Assembly: GCF_964355755.1 (NCBI RefSeq)
Contig: NC_092677.1
Location: forward strand, 11,306,101 to 11,370,100
DNA: 64,000 nucleotides
Origin: Antedon mediterranea
Lineage: Eukaryota > Animalia > Echinodermata
Direction: 5' to 3'
The notes beneath the pieces were generated by a model, which ran no database searches, was not told where the DNA came from, and worked only from the letters and a program-made list of their open reading frames with translations. Below are positions 1 to 10,421 of this stretch, piece after piece. Both the position numbers and the translations under genes were made by a program. Positions within the stretch are counted from its first letter, which is position 1. Each line of letters opens with the position of its first letter.

Positions 1-1
1 T

Positions 2-289
2 AGTCATTTGCCGTCTCTGAAGTCTCATATGTGGAAGCATGCTAGTGACCCTCACTTTAACTACGAACGTAGCATGAGTCACATTAAGCAAGGAAATGAT
101 CCACAGAGTAAAGGATTAAACACTGAGGCTAAGTCCAAATCAGACAAGCCAACTAATCTGACTGCGAATGAAGAGAATCTAGTACTTGTACGGTACCAGT
201 GTGCTCACTGTGGATATGTTGGTACCACCAAAGACTTGCTCATTACACATATCCGAGCGGAACACAATATTCAGGAAGATAACCAATAG
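2..289 (+). CDS. ZNF507: 3' end (5'-truncated by window edge) of a C2H2 zinc-finger protein, ZNF507-like
   Basis: Frame is open from base 2: [22 protein letters not shown] closely matches the ZNF507 motif [22 protein letters not shown] as I recall it. A last finger [24 protein letters not shown] precedes the TAG at 287-289. The TTG start in the ORF track is not a real start. Confidence 0.8.
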   Translation, partial: [95 protein letters not shown]

Positions 290-2209
290 GTTCGCCATAG
301 TTTTTTTGGCCTTAAAAAAACCTAACTGTACAATGTAACTTAATTTTCTGGCTTGTAACCTGAAGAAAATTTCTCACCCCCTAGCATCACTCCTACATCC
401 TTCCCGGACCCGTCTTACATAAATTCTCAAACTTGAGGCCTTATTAGAAAATAGAGATAGTATATTTAACATAGTAACATATTTAAAAGCTTTAGTCCTA
501 TTTAAATATTCTATGTTGCTCTGTAGTAGGGGAGGAACAGAGATTTTTTGAACTGGGAACGCCAACAATAATATGCCAAAATATAGATATCAAAAAGTAG
601 TTAATAATTTTAGCAGGCAAAGAGGAGCACGCAAACCCCCCCCCCCCCCCTCCCCTCCCAAAAATCAACCACTGTATCCTCCAAAATAAACCCCTGTATC
701 CACCCACCCCCTTTATAGTACATTACTATCATTCTTAAGATAATAACTTAGAAAATAAAAAGATTGTAAGGTGCTCGTATTTGCTTTTAAGTGCTGTATA
801 GTTCTTATGTATGAGTTATATTTAAATTGTTATTAAATTATTTAATATAATATTACTGTATATAGATCACTTAAGGTATTTGTGATATTTACAATAGTTA
901 TAACATTTATTTTATGCAACGTTAAGTTACTTTATATTACATGGTGCTGTGTGTTTGTCAGGGTTGTTAAATCATTTTCATTGTGGTATAATTTATAGAA
1001 TTTTTTTTTTTCATATTCCAAAAATAGCGGTTAACATAGCAGTGTATTGTAACGTATTCAACAATTACAATTATCAATTGATGTTGTATTGCATGCCTGT
1101 ACAAAGTTAAGTGAAATAGAGCATTTCAGTATATTACTGTGTAAATAACAAGGTAAAAATAGTTAAGTTCCGTATTCATTTTGAACGCAACTATAGAAAA
1201 ATGAGCTATTAGGAGCTATTGTACTAAGCCTCTAGCATTAAGTGCTAGGGGTGTCAGTTCCTTTCCATGCCACACCTTATCCTCTCTAATATTTTTCAAC
1301 CAGGTACTGTACTCATTTACAGCTGAGTGACTCGGAGTTGATATCTGTATTCATATTCAAGTGTGTTATATTTAATTTATTCAATGTAATTCTAGTTACA
1401 TTTAGCAAGTGTAAATAATATGAGGTGCTATATTTCCATTGAGATGAATTGAGAACACTGCCATAAAAAAAAAATGATTTTGAAATAATTTTGCTATACT
1501 TAACATGGGCTTTTTTTCATGTGTGTTCGATAAAATAAAAACTTCAGTATTTTTTGTTAAAATTTAACCCCAAACAGTATTTTAATCAATGATGCCTTGA
1601 TGTCATGCCGTATATAATATTGTCAGATTCAAGCTTCATATGCAATATAGGCCTGTGTGATATGTTATGGTTTATAGAAAGGCCAAAGTAGTTCTTGTAG
1701 GGTTAAATTATTATTCTGTACTATATATTATCATGTTGTTGTACAGATTTTAAGAATTTTTAATATTGTACTTTACAATTGAATTTGAAAATAAATGGTG
1801 TTCCAAATCAATTCATTTGATTTTGTATTTTTGGGATGATGTTACATAACAAATTTGATCTTAATGATAAGGATGATAAATATTTGATTGTGATATAGAA
1901 TATTGATAATTATTACGATACTTAGATAATAAAAAGATGGGTGCTTGATATTGATTTATTAGTACTACAAATGGTTTTACCTTTAACTTAATATAAAAAA
2001 TAACTAGTTATTTTATCAAAATTTTAATAGTAATACAGTATATATATAATAGACTTTTATTTTGCAGTTTTTCAGGTAAATAATTTTGTTTTCGATCTAA
2101 TTTTTGGTCAAAGTGTATAACTATTATGTGACATTAAAATGGGTTATTCAAAACAAAAAAAATACATACAGCTGCTGTGAAAATGTCAAAATACTTTTAT
2201 TCTGAAACT

Positions 2210-2638
2210 AAAGACCGCCCTCTGTTATAAGTGAAGTTTTTGTAGCCCCCCCCCCCCCCGCGTTGAAAAGAACACGTTGTGCACTATACGTGACGAATGA
2301 AAATATAAACCGATATTTTTTAATGATTAGCCTAGATTTTTTTCTGAAAATAAAAATATATAAGTTAAATTTACCACTGGAGCATGTTAATAACTTTAAC
2401 TGATATTATTTTATATCATACGAGCCTATATAGTAGTAGATATGTCCGATGTACGAGGATGAAACAACTGCTCTCCGTCAGGTTATCAAAAAACGACTCC
2501 ACATAGCAGCTCTCTATCGCTCTATCTGCTGACGTACACACACGGCGCGGTGATGATTTTCTCGGCGTTCATCTTTCTTTAAAAATAAGAAGCTAGGCTA
2601 GCCTAGGCCTACAATAAAAAGCATAACGTTAATGGAGA
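2210..2638 (+). promoter_or_regulatory. CpG-rich putative promoter and first exon of the ZFP64-like gene, ending at a GTAAGT donor (2639)
   Basis: Local CpG enrichment (CACGGCGCGGTG, CTCGGCGTTC, TGACGTAC) in AT-rich DNA, followed by ATGGAGA|GTAAGT at 2632-2644. The likely partner acceptor is at 4889. Confidence 0.5.
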
Positions 2639-2930
2639 GTAAGTATGTTTATTCAACAACTTGTTCGCCTATGCCTAGTAGTAATTATGGCAAACACGAA
2701 ATAAGTGTTTATCAATCAATTCAGAAATAGGCTAGCCTAGGCCTAGGCCTAGTACTAGCCGCTATTATAGGCCTAGGCCCCTAGAGGCCTATTATTATTA
2801 GTAGTAAGGCCTAGTAGTAGTAGTAGGCTATAGGCCTAGGGCCTAGCTAGCTATGCCTAGCTAGGCCTACTAGGCTAGGCTACTAATACTAACTAGGCTA
2901 GCCTAAGGCCTGCCTGACCCTAGCTAGTAG
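2590..2930. repeat. Low-complexity AGGCCT/CTAG-rich tract
   Basis: Dense imperfect repeats of TAGGCCTA, GCTAGC and AGTAGT. Confidence 0.8.
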
Positions 2931-2969
2931 AGATGGGTGGGGAGAGAGGGCTAATTAATGATATGACAT

Positions 2970-3861
2970 TATTAATGTTATGCGCGATTTGAACGATTTG
3001 CGCAATTTGAAATTGCGCAAAAAAAATCCTTGCGCAATTTGAATTGAAACATGTGTTTCAAATTGCGCAAGCAACGTATTAAATTGCGCAAGTAATCTGC
3101 AAATTGCGCAAGGTTTTTCGACAGATTGTGAAATCATGCACACCCATATTTTTATAGTAATTTCTAAGAATGATTCAAAATTAAAGATAAATATCGCATT
3201 TCCTTATTTTAGTAGTGCAAATATTGTTATAAGTTAGCATACCGTCGAAGAACCGACGAAGGAAAACGAAGCGGTGGTGTTCCACCAGGCGGGCGTGGCG
3301 CGGGCGGCCGGCTATACTACTCTAGCCTAGCTAGGGTCTGGACTACTGATACTGACTAGGTTACATGGCCTAGCTTAAACTAATATTAAAAACTTAATTT
3401 TTACATTTATTTTGATTTATTTCAAGTTACAGTGATAATATTATTTAATTGTAATAATAAATGTTATGTATTTATTATACACATGTTATCTTCGCATTTA
3501 TTATGTTTTATTTTGAGTTATTTAGTTTCCAATAAATTATTATAATACCGATTGTCTGGTAGAATTTTGTTGCGCAATTTGAAAATTTACAGTTCGTTTT
3601 CAAATTGCGCAAAGGTGTCATTTTGCGCAAGAACTATCTTGCGCAATTTACAAATTGTGCAGCGCAATTTAAAATTGCGCAAAGATTTTCTTGCGCAATT
3701 TGAAATTGCGCAAGTTGATTGCGCAATTTGAAATTGCGCAAAAAAATCCTTGCGCAATTTTAAATTGCGCAAGAATTCTTTGCGCAATTTGAAATTGCGC
3801 AAGGATTTTTTTGCGCAATTTCAAATTGCGCAAATCGTTCAAATCGCGCATAACATTAATA
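2970..3861. mobile_element. Non-autonomous foldback-like/MITE DNA element with long TIRs and subterminal TTGCGCAA arrays
   Basis: Left end TATTAATGTTATGCGCGATTTGAACGATTTGCGCAATTTGAAATTGCGCAAAAAA is the reverse complement of the right end (...TTGCGCAATTTCAAATTGCGCAAATCGTTCAAATCGCGCATAACATTAATA), about 70 bp. No transposase ORF. Confidence 0.85.
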
Positions 3862-3869
3862 TTATTATT

Positions 3870-4532
3870 ACGTTATGGCTAAAGATACTGTGGTACCGTA
3901 TCTATACTAATACTTCTAAAAACTAAGGTACAGTAATTATAGGATTCCCTAATTATAGAGGGTCTTATCGTAGCTTTAGTTTTTAGAAGTATGAGTTATT
4001 ATTATTGATGGATGGTACTATAGGCCTGCTAGTAGAGGTCATGCTAATCTTTGCCCGGTAGGTTTTTATGATATAAAATGTTATCTATCAAGTACATGTT
4101 AATAACTATAATAACGATATTTAATGTTATTATGAGTGATATGGAGTTAATTTAATTTTCGCTGTGGCTAAAGATACGGTACCGTATCCTAACTTCCGGA
4201 TGCTAAAGGTATGATAAAATTGCATTCCTAAATATAAAACTCATTCCTAAATATAAACTCGTCCTAAATATTAAAACTCGTCCCAAATATTTAAAACCTA
4301 ACCCTCTAAATAATCTCTCTTAAATTAAAAAAATAGAAGTTCAAGCAGAGAATCGATACCAAAAACCCGTAGGCCATAGCCTCATCACAAGCCCACCACG
4401 CCACACAGCTGGCAAAAAACCACTTCTATAACCTATTTGATTAACATCTATGCTTACATAGTGCCCTCTATAATTACCGTACTTTTAGCGTTTATAAGTA
4501 TGGATACTGTACCTTATCTTTAGACATAACGT
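3870..4532. mobile_element. Composite/nested TIR element (second MITE family)
   Basis: ACGTTATGGCTAAAGATAC...GGTACCGTATC...GTACAGTAATTATAG at 3870 is inverted as CTATAATTACCGTAC...GATACTGTACCTTATCTTTAGACATAACGT at 4467-4532. There is a second left-end copy at ~4165 and internal TCCTAAATAT(T)AAAACTC repeats at 4226-4296. Confidence 0.65.
4339..4410 (-). pseudogene. Degenerate tRNA-like / SINE-head sequence inside the TIR element
   Basis: Minus strand reads AGCTGTGTGGCGTGGTGG (A-box-like) ... GGTATCGATTCTCTG (B-box-like) at tRNA spacing. Confidence 0.4.
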
Positions 4533-4892
4533 TTAATTTACCGGACAAAGATTGGCATGACCGCTCCTGATATTGTAGCTAGCTATAGTAGAGACATAAT
4601 TAATTTTAGTACGGTGCATCTTGATCTTGTGAAGGTAGAGGTTGTGGAGGGGAAATTGGCTTGAAGAAGGTTTTAGTAATAATGGTCTGACTGTACAGTG
4701 TAAATAAAACACACCATGCATGGAGGAATATCCAAGTTCCATCCATACCTTGGCCTATTCTATTTTATTGCATTTATAAATTACAATAGTATTTCAATAT
4801 TAAATAAATTGGTCAGCCAACCAATAAATGATACTTTTCTTGTAATTAAACTGTTGGACTTAACACGCTACCTTGCTTTTTTTTTCCAGGTA

Positions 4893-7481
4893 ATGGATAT
4901 TCACATTTGTGGAAGTTGTAAGCATAAGTTCAGAGAACTAGATAGTTTTCTTGCACACAAACGAATAAGTTGTATTCAGAACAGTGTTCCTGATATAATA
5001 GATGAAGTGACAATTTATCCTGTTGAGAATGGTCAAAGTACAGCTACCAGTTACTCTCATAATTCACTCTTCCAAAGTATTTCAAAAGACCCCCAGTTTG
5101 AAGTTTATAATACAGTATCAAAGGAGACCACAAAAAATGTTAGTGAAACAGACTCACAAAATAACAGGGCACTAAATCCTCAACAATCAGTCATAAATGT
5201 CACCAATGACAAGAAAATACCCAAAAAATCAAAGCATATAACTAATGATGTTAGTGTGAAAATAAACAAGCTGAAATGTTTGAAGTGTCCAGAAGCTGGA
5301 TGTAACTTTTCTGCACGATATAAGAAAGATTTGATACGACACAGTAGAAAGCATACTGGTGACCGACCATATTCATGTACATTTTGCAGTAGAACATTTA
5401 CCAGAAGTGACAAGCTAACGTTGCATATTCGCTCGCATAAAGGAGAAAAACCATATAAATGCAGTGATTGCGAATACGCAGCTGTTGACCGAGGAAGTTT
5501 AACCAAACATCTTAGAATTCACTCCAACGAGCGACCTTACAAATGTCAAATTTGTGACTACGCAAGTCGAAACTCAAGCCAGCTTGTCGTTCATCTTAGA
5601 ACGCATACAGGTGATACACCGTTTCATTGTCAAACTTGCAATGCAAAATTTAAAATCAATTCTGATTTGAACCGTCACATGCGTGTTCACACTAAAGAGA
5701 AACCCTACTCATGTTTGTTGTGTAACTACAAATGTTCTATGAAAGGTAATTTGAATGTTCACATGAAGATTAACCATCTACGAGAGAAAAAATATATTTG
5801 CGAAGACTGTGGGGAAAGCTTTTGTACAAAACGTCAACTTAAATGTCACATGTCCTTGCATGTTACGTACAAACCATTCAAATGTTTAGAGTGCAACTAT
5901 AGGTGTAAAGATAATACGTCATTTAAGCGTCATGAACGTACACACCACGAAGAAAGACCATACAAATGTGACTTGTGTGATTTTAAAGCAAAATATATCA
6001 GCCATAAACAAAGACATATGAAAAAGGCTCATCCTGAAGAGTGGTTATTGTACAAAAGGAAAAGAGAAGAAGAAAAAAAAGAAAGATCTAGATTAAAAGA
6101 CTCTGAATTGATCAACATTGGTAAAAGTAAGGGTTCTGTAACAACCTTGCCTGCTTCTACCAAAAAGAAACTTACTTGCCCCCATTGTGATGCTTCATTC
6201 GTTCGGAAAGATTCACTTAACAGCCACGTACGTCAACACATGAAAATGGAAGAGACTCTTCAAAGTACAGCTCTTGCTGTTTTGCAACTTCAAGAAACTC
6301 CTGTTGTTATTTTAGGCGACGGACATTCTGATCTAATTGATATTGTTCCAGGAGAAAGTCCAGAAGTAACTTCTGTTAGATTTTCTGTTAGTAAAGGTTC
6401 GCAAGAGATCAATCAGATCCTGCAGTCAGTTGATAAAGAATTATCTACTACAAGGATCGAAACAAGTCTGTTATCAAACAATGACATTCCTCTCAAAACA
6501 ATAGCCACATCGCAGCAGTGCATTGACAATGTTCTTGGTAATAGTTCAACAGCTTCAAGAGTACAGTCAGTCAAAGAAAGTTTTGCCCAAACACTGCAAA
6601 ACCAGACTTATCAACAAGTTTTGATAACTTCTCAACAACAAGGCATAATTGGGCCTCCTGGTCAACCTCTTGGTTTATCTTCAACTGCGTCAACAGAGGT
6701 ACCAGTTACTCTTCACATAATCGATGCAGGCATTGCGACATCAAATTCTGTTTCTACTACACTGCAAAGCAGACATCTGCAACAAGATCTGACCTTAGCA
6801 ACTGTCCAACAGAAAGCCGTTACATCATTATCTACAGAAACGCAACAACCATCTATTGTCCAAACTCCTATAACATTTCAGAATATTCAACACGGTATTT
6901 ATCAATCTCTACAATTATCAACTTCCCCGCAAAAGTTCCAGTTAATTCCAGTGTCTCCTCCAAGAGTGTCCCGTAAGATACGACCAATTGCCAGCAAGCC
7001 AGCAGTGTCAAGCGTTGGGTCACTTGCAAATCAGTGTACTACTGCTGTGGAAACCACTAGTTCCTCATCAGTATCTCGGCCCATGTTGATAAGTTGCCCG
7101 ACAGATGATAAAAATAGGCATAATCCAATACTTGGAGAGGCATCCACTGTAATGCAGAGATTGGTAGAACAAACACGTAAGACAAAACAGAAACCGGATA
7201 AAGTGTTGATCAACATACAGGAAAATAATACTCAAGTCGCTGCTAACAGTCACGTAATGAAAACTATTTCTGTTAACGTGCCACAACTTCCACAACAGTT
7301 GTTGAAAAGGTCAGATTACCAGCAATTGAAATCTGCTTCGTTAGTACCACAAACCAATATTGCTGATGTCGTTCAGACATTGATTCAACCAGCGTGCAAT
7401 CAACAATGGACTGTATGCACTGTCCAAGAAAATTCTGTATATCTTAAAGACCCTACTGCCAAACCAAAAGATAAAAAATAA
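4893..7481 (+). CDS. ZFP64: Zinc finger protein 64 homolog (~862 aa): N-terminal C2HC-type finger, 9 tandem C2H2 fingers, 1 separated finger, long Q/S/T-rich C-terminal tail
   Basis: DIHICGSCKHKFRELDSFLAHK, YASRNSSQLVVHLRTHTGD, AKFKINSDLNRHMRVH, CSMKGNL and CDASFVRKDSLNSHVRQH match vertebrate ZFP64 as I recall it. A strong acceptor (T)10CCAG ends at 4889 and the in-frame ATG is at 4893, so ORF-track bases 4716-4889 are probably intron. Confidence 0.9.
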   Translation: MDIHICGSCKHKFRELDSFLAHKRISCIQNSVPDIIDEVTIYPVENGQSTATSYSHNSLFQSISKDPQFEVYNTVSKETTKNVSETDSQNNRALNPQQSVINVTNDKKIPKKSKHITNDVSVKINKLKCLKCPEAGCNFSARYKKDLIRHSRKHTGDRPYSCTFCSRTFTRSDKLTLHIRSHKGEKPYKCSDCEYAAVDRGSLTKHLRIHSNERPYKCQICDYASRNSSQLVVHLRTHTGDTPFHCQTCNAKFKINSDLNRHMRVHTKEKPYSCLLCNYKCSMKGNLNVHMKINHLREKKYICEDCGESFCTKRQLKCHMSLHVTYKPFKCLECNYRCKDNTSFKRHERTHHEERPYKCDLCDFKAKYISHKQRHMKKAHPEEWLLYKRKREEEKKERSRLKDSELINIGKSKGSVTTLPASTKKKLTCPHCDASFVRKDSLNSHVRQHMKMEETLQSTALAVLQLQETPVVILGDGHSDLIDIVPGESPEVTSVRFSVSKGSQEINQILQSVDKELSTTRIETSLLSNNDIPLKTIATSQQCIDNVLGNSSTASRVQSVKESFAQTLQNQTYQQVLITSQQQGIIGPPGQPLGLSSTASTEVPVTLHIIDAGIATSNSVSTTLQSRHLQQDLTLATVQQKAVTSLSTETQQPSIVQTPITFQNIQHGIYQSLQLSTSPQKFQLIPVSPPRVSRKIRPIASKPAVSSVGSLANQCTTAVETTSSSSVSRPMLISCPTDDKNRHNPILGEASTVMQRLVEQTRKTKQKPDKVLINIQENNTQVAANSHVMKTISVNVPQLPQQLLKRSDYQQLKSASLVPQTNIADVVQTLIQPACNQQWTVCTVQENSVYLKDPTAKPKDKK

Positions 7482-7917
7482 ACTACTGTACTGTTGTTTT
7501 CCAAGATAAAAACAAAATAAATTGAATGTATGCACCTCTCATTAGTATCAGCCATGAACAAGGAATTTGTATAAATATCAGTGTAATTGAGACGAATTGC
7601 ACTTACTTTGTAGAGGGCGCTATTTATCCTCTTTTAAATTGTGTACATTAATTATGTAAAAAATATACAGTATTATGTGACAATCAATTCAATATAAGGA
7701 ATTTTTGTTGTGTTATAATTTTAAATGTAATCAAAGTTATTTTTTTTCCAAACAAGATGATTGAACTTCAAACATTTTGCATAACAGTATGTTGTAGAAC
7801 ATAATAATAATGTAAAACAAATACTAAATAAATAAAAATATAACATGAATGTTTGTAATTATTTTAATAATAATAATAAGAGTCGCTATCCAATCGCGTT
7901 TGAACAATACCATGAAA

Positions 7918-7993
7918 GCCCCAGTGGACTATTAAATGGTTAGGATAACTGCATATCAAGCAGACGGTCCGAGTTCGAGTCTCGGTTGGGGCG
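7918..7993 (+). pseudogene. tRNA-like sequence (Asp-type, anticodon loop ATATCAA); pseudogene or repeat-borne
   Basis: Acceptor stem GCCCCAG/TTGGGGC, T-arm CCGAG-TTCGAGT-CTCGG, anticodon stem CTGC/GCAG, followed by TTTTT. The D-arm is irregular and the anticodon loop is non-canonical. Confidence 0.65.
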
Positions 7994-9237
7994 ACTTTTT
8001 CTTATTCTCACATATTTCCTCATCTTTATCGTTTCATTTAAATAAATAAATATATAACATGAATGTTTGTAATTGTAATAATATTAAGTATTGATAAATT
8101 TAATCTAAATTACTATTTGCCATACAAGACATGGTTGTGATTGTAGATTTCAATTTTGTTAATTGCTCAAAGAAAAAAAGTAGACCTAGATAATAATATG
8201 CTCTTTGATAGATATATAAATCTATTGTTTATAGAGTACTGCATTCAGATTCACTGTTCATTTTATCCTATTTGGGTATCTAGTACAAACTTTTCAATAA
8301 TGGAAATGTGACAAAGGGATGGTAACTGTACTAGGTACTCCGAAAGACGGTTTCTAAAATAAATTTGTATAATATAACATAATTTTAAAACATATTTTAG
8401 TGTTACATTATTTTGTTAATACAGTATTGTGGTGGTTTATTTTATTTACTGATCTACTACTGCAGACCAGCTGGTGAGTTTGACAAGAATGGAAAACTTT
8501 TGTTTCGGGACCGTAGATGACATAATACCAGAGACATGGTTGTTGTGGAACTTGGACAGATTTTTTGTTCATCATATGATCCGTTCTTGATTCTTGATGC
8601 ACACAAAATATCTAAAAGAATTTTGCCCCGTCAACCCCAGCATACTGACCTCAATAAAATTGTCTATTTTTAACATTATAAACATTGAATTCATTGTATT
8701 CACTTTTGTTTGCAGATAAGTGAGTGTGTCAACTCACCAGAAGCTTTTCAGCACCAATTGTCTTCTTCAATTTGAATACTGCCCTCGTTTAACGGCTGAA
8801 AATCTGTTATTTCTTTGACGATCAAGAAGTATATTCATCTTAAGTATGTTAAGCACTTTATTTCTACCATATGTGAGCTTATTATTATTATTATTAGCTA
8901 TATTTATTGTTTGACAATTTTATTCTATGTATCCTACTTTATACTGTATGTATTTATGATTTATCGGAATTTTTGTTTTACTATAATAATTTTTATATTT
9001 CATTTTTTTTCCCCCAATAAGAATTTTAATATGCCTCTTTTGATTAATTCAATTGGCCAACAAAGATTTGCAAATTATATTTTGATTGTTAAACAAGGGT
9101 TTTTAAAGTACAGAATCGCCAATATAACCTACCATCTAGTCACTTGTTGTGCCTGGGGACAAAATGTCCTCTTGTGGGATTTGAACCCATCACCTTCAAA
9201 TAGATATATGAGTTCCCTTGTAGTTGTGACTTCTATG

Positions 9238-9342
9238 ATCTCTATCTACACTATCAAACGTTATGTGAAAAACCATATGTGATATGGATGTGGGCACATC
9301 ACACTGTTTTGTCACATAAAGTTTGATAGTCTAGACAGAGCA
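9238..9342. mobile_element. Degenerate copy of MITE family A (AGCTCTGTCTACACTATCAAA TIR)
   Basis: TCTATCTACACTATCAAAC ... GTTTGATAGTCTAGACAGAGC. Confidence 0.75.
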
Positions 9343-9828
9343 TTAGTTGCAATTTTTAAAAAGTCATTCATATCTTTATTGGCGAACATGATTTCTATAA
9401 AAAAAAATTTTTTCTATTAAAACTTATTAGGTGGAGCACTGACACACCCAGTAGAGTAGTTTAATTCTTTGTGCTTCCATTCCATCTCATCGGCTGCGTT
9501 GAGTGGAAAGTACTATGCTGAGTAGTCTTTAGAAATAATTTCAGTTAGTATATGTTTTTGCCTATGCTTTTATTTTTTATCAAAAATGAATATATGTTTG
9601 ATAGCATTATCTTTAAAAACATAGACAATGAATGAGATTATCTTTCTTTGCTTCCATAAACAAACACTTGATGAATGCAGTGTTACCTCAAATTCAGTAA
9701 TGCACTTCAGCTTCACTTGTTGACTTGACACATGCATTTCAATGGAGCAATAATAGCTGAGGAAAGTGAGTCCTTGTGGGACAGCCTTCCTTTAAATCAG
9801 AAAAATGGTGGTAGGCTTGTAGGAAAAT

Positions 9829-9969
9829 CAGTGGCATAACTACTTTGTTTAGAACTTCTAGGGGCTCTCCAATGCTAGGCAATTGCACTGAGGCTTCTTA
9901 TGCTCTGGGGCCTCTTAGCCTTGGCCCCCTAGGTTTAGCCAGAGACGGCTCTTAGCCGTTACACCACTG
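9829..9969. mobile_element. hAT-like MITE
   Basis: TIRs CAGTGGCATAAC / GTTACACCACTG with internal GGGGCC/GGCCCC motifs; TSD not evident. Confidence 0.55.
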
Positions 9970-10067
9970 ATTCCGGTATAGAAGAATATGTTTTAATAGT
10001 ACAGTATTCGTATTTTGTTTTAAGCCCATTATAACATAAAGTACAGTACCGAAATTTTTGTTTTCAG

Positions 10068-10151
10068 GATGTTAATCGGGTAGTGGTGGTGTGGCCATGT
10101 CAATCGATATACAGTAAAATGGCGCCAATATGGAGTATTTGTCTGTATGAG
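10068..10151 (+). other. Candidate 84-nt exon of an unidentified transcript
   Basis: TTTTTGTTTTCAG acceptor and GAG|GTATGT donor; open in phase 0; contains AAAATGGCG (ATG at 10119, MAPIWSICLYE). Confidence 0.35.
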
Positions 10152-10421
10152 GTATGTTTCACGATTTTAACAATTTCTGTATGGACCAACAATTTCATCT
10201 TTTTTACAAAATTTCTTTTATATTCTACGAACAAGCCTCTTAGTTTGCCAGAAAGGTAATCAAACAAGGAGCTACAGAATGTGTTCTTATTTTGGTAAAG
10301 CTTTAGGATGTAACTTGAATGATGCGACAAGTAGTTAGTGGAGTTAGGTATGACTGGTTTGTCAAAATGTTGTTTGATTGTAAACTCGTAAACGCTCAGT
10401 GGTAATGCTTGTTTGTGATTG

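Noticed and set aside
2955-3851. ORFs with LAQF/LRNFKLRK repeats
   Set aside because: Translations of the TTGCGCAA palindromic arrays
4716-4889. N-terminal 58 codons of the 921-aa ORF
   Set aside because: AT-rich, ends in a polypyrimidine tract plus CAG, and precedes the conserved DIHICG motif; most likely intron
5180-7535. Minus-strand ORFs overlapping ZFP64
   Set aside because: Antisense shadows of the real CDS
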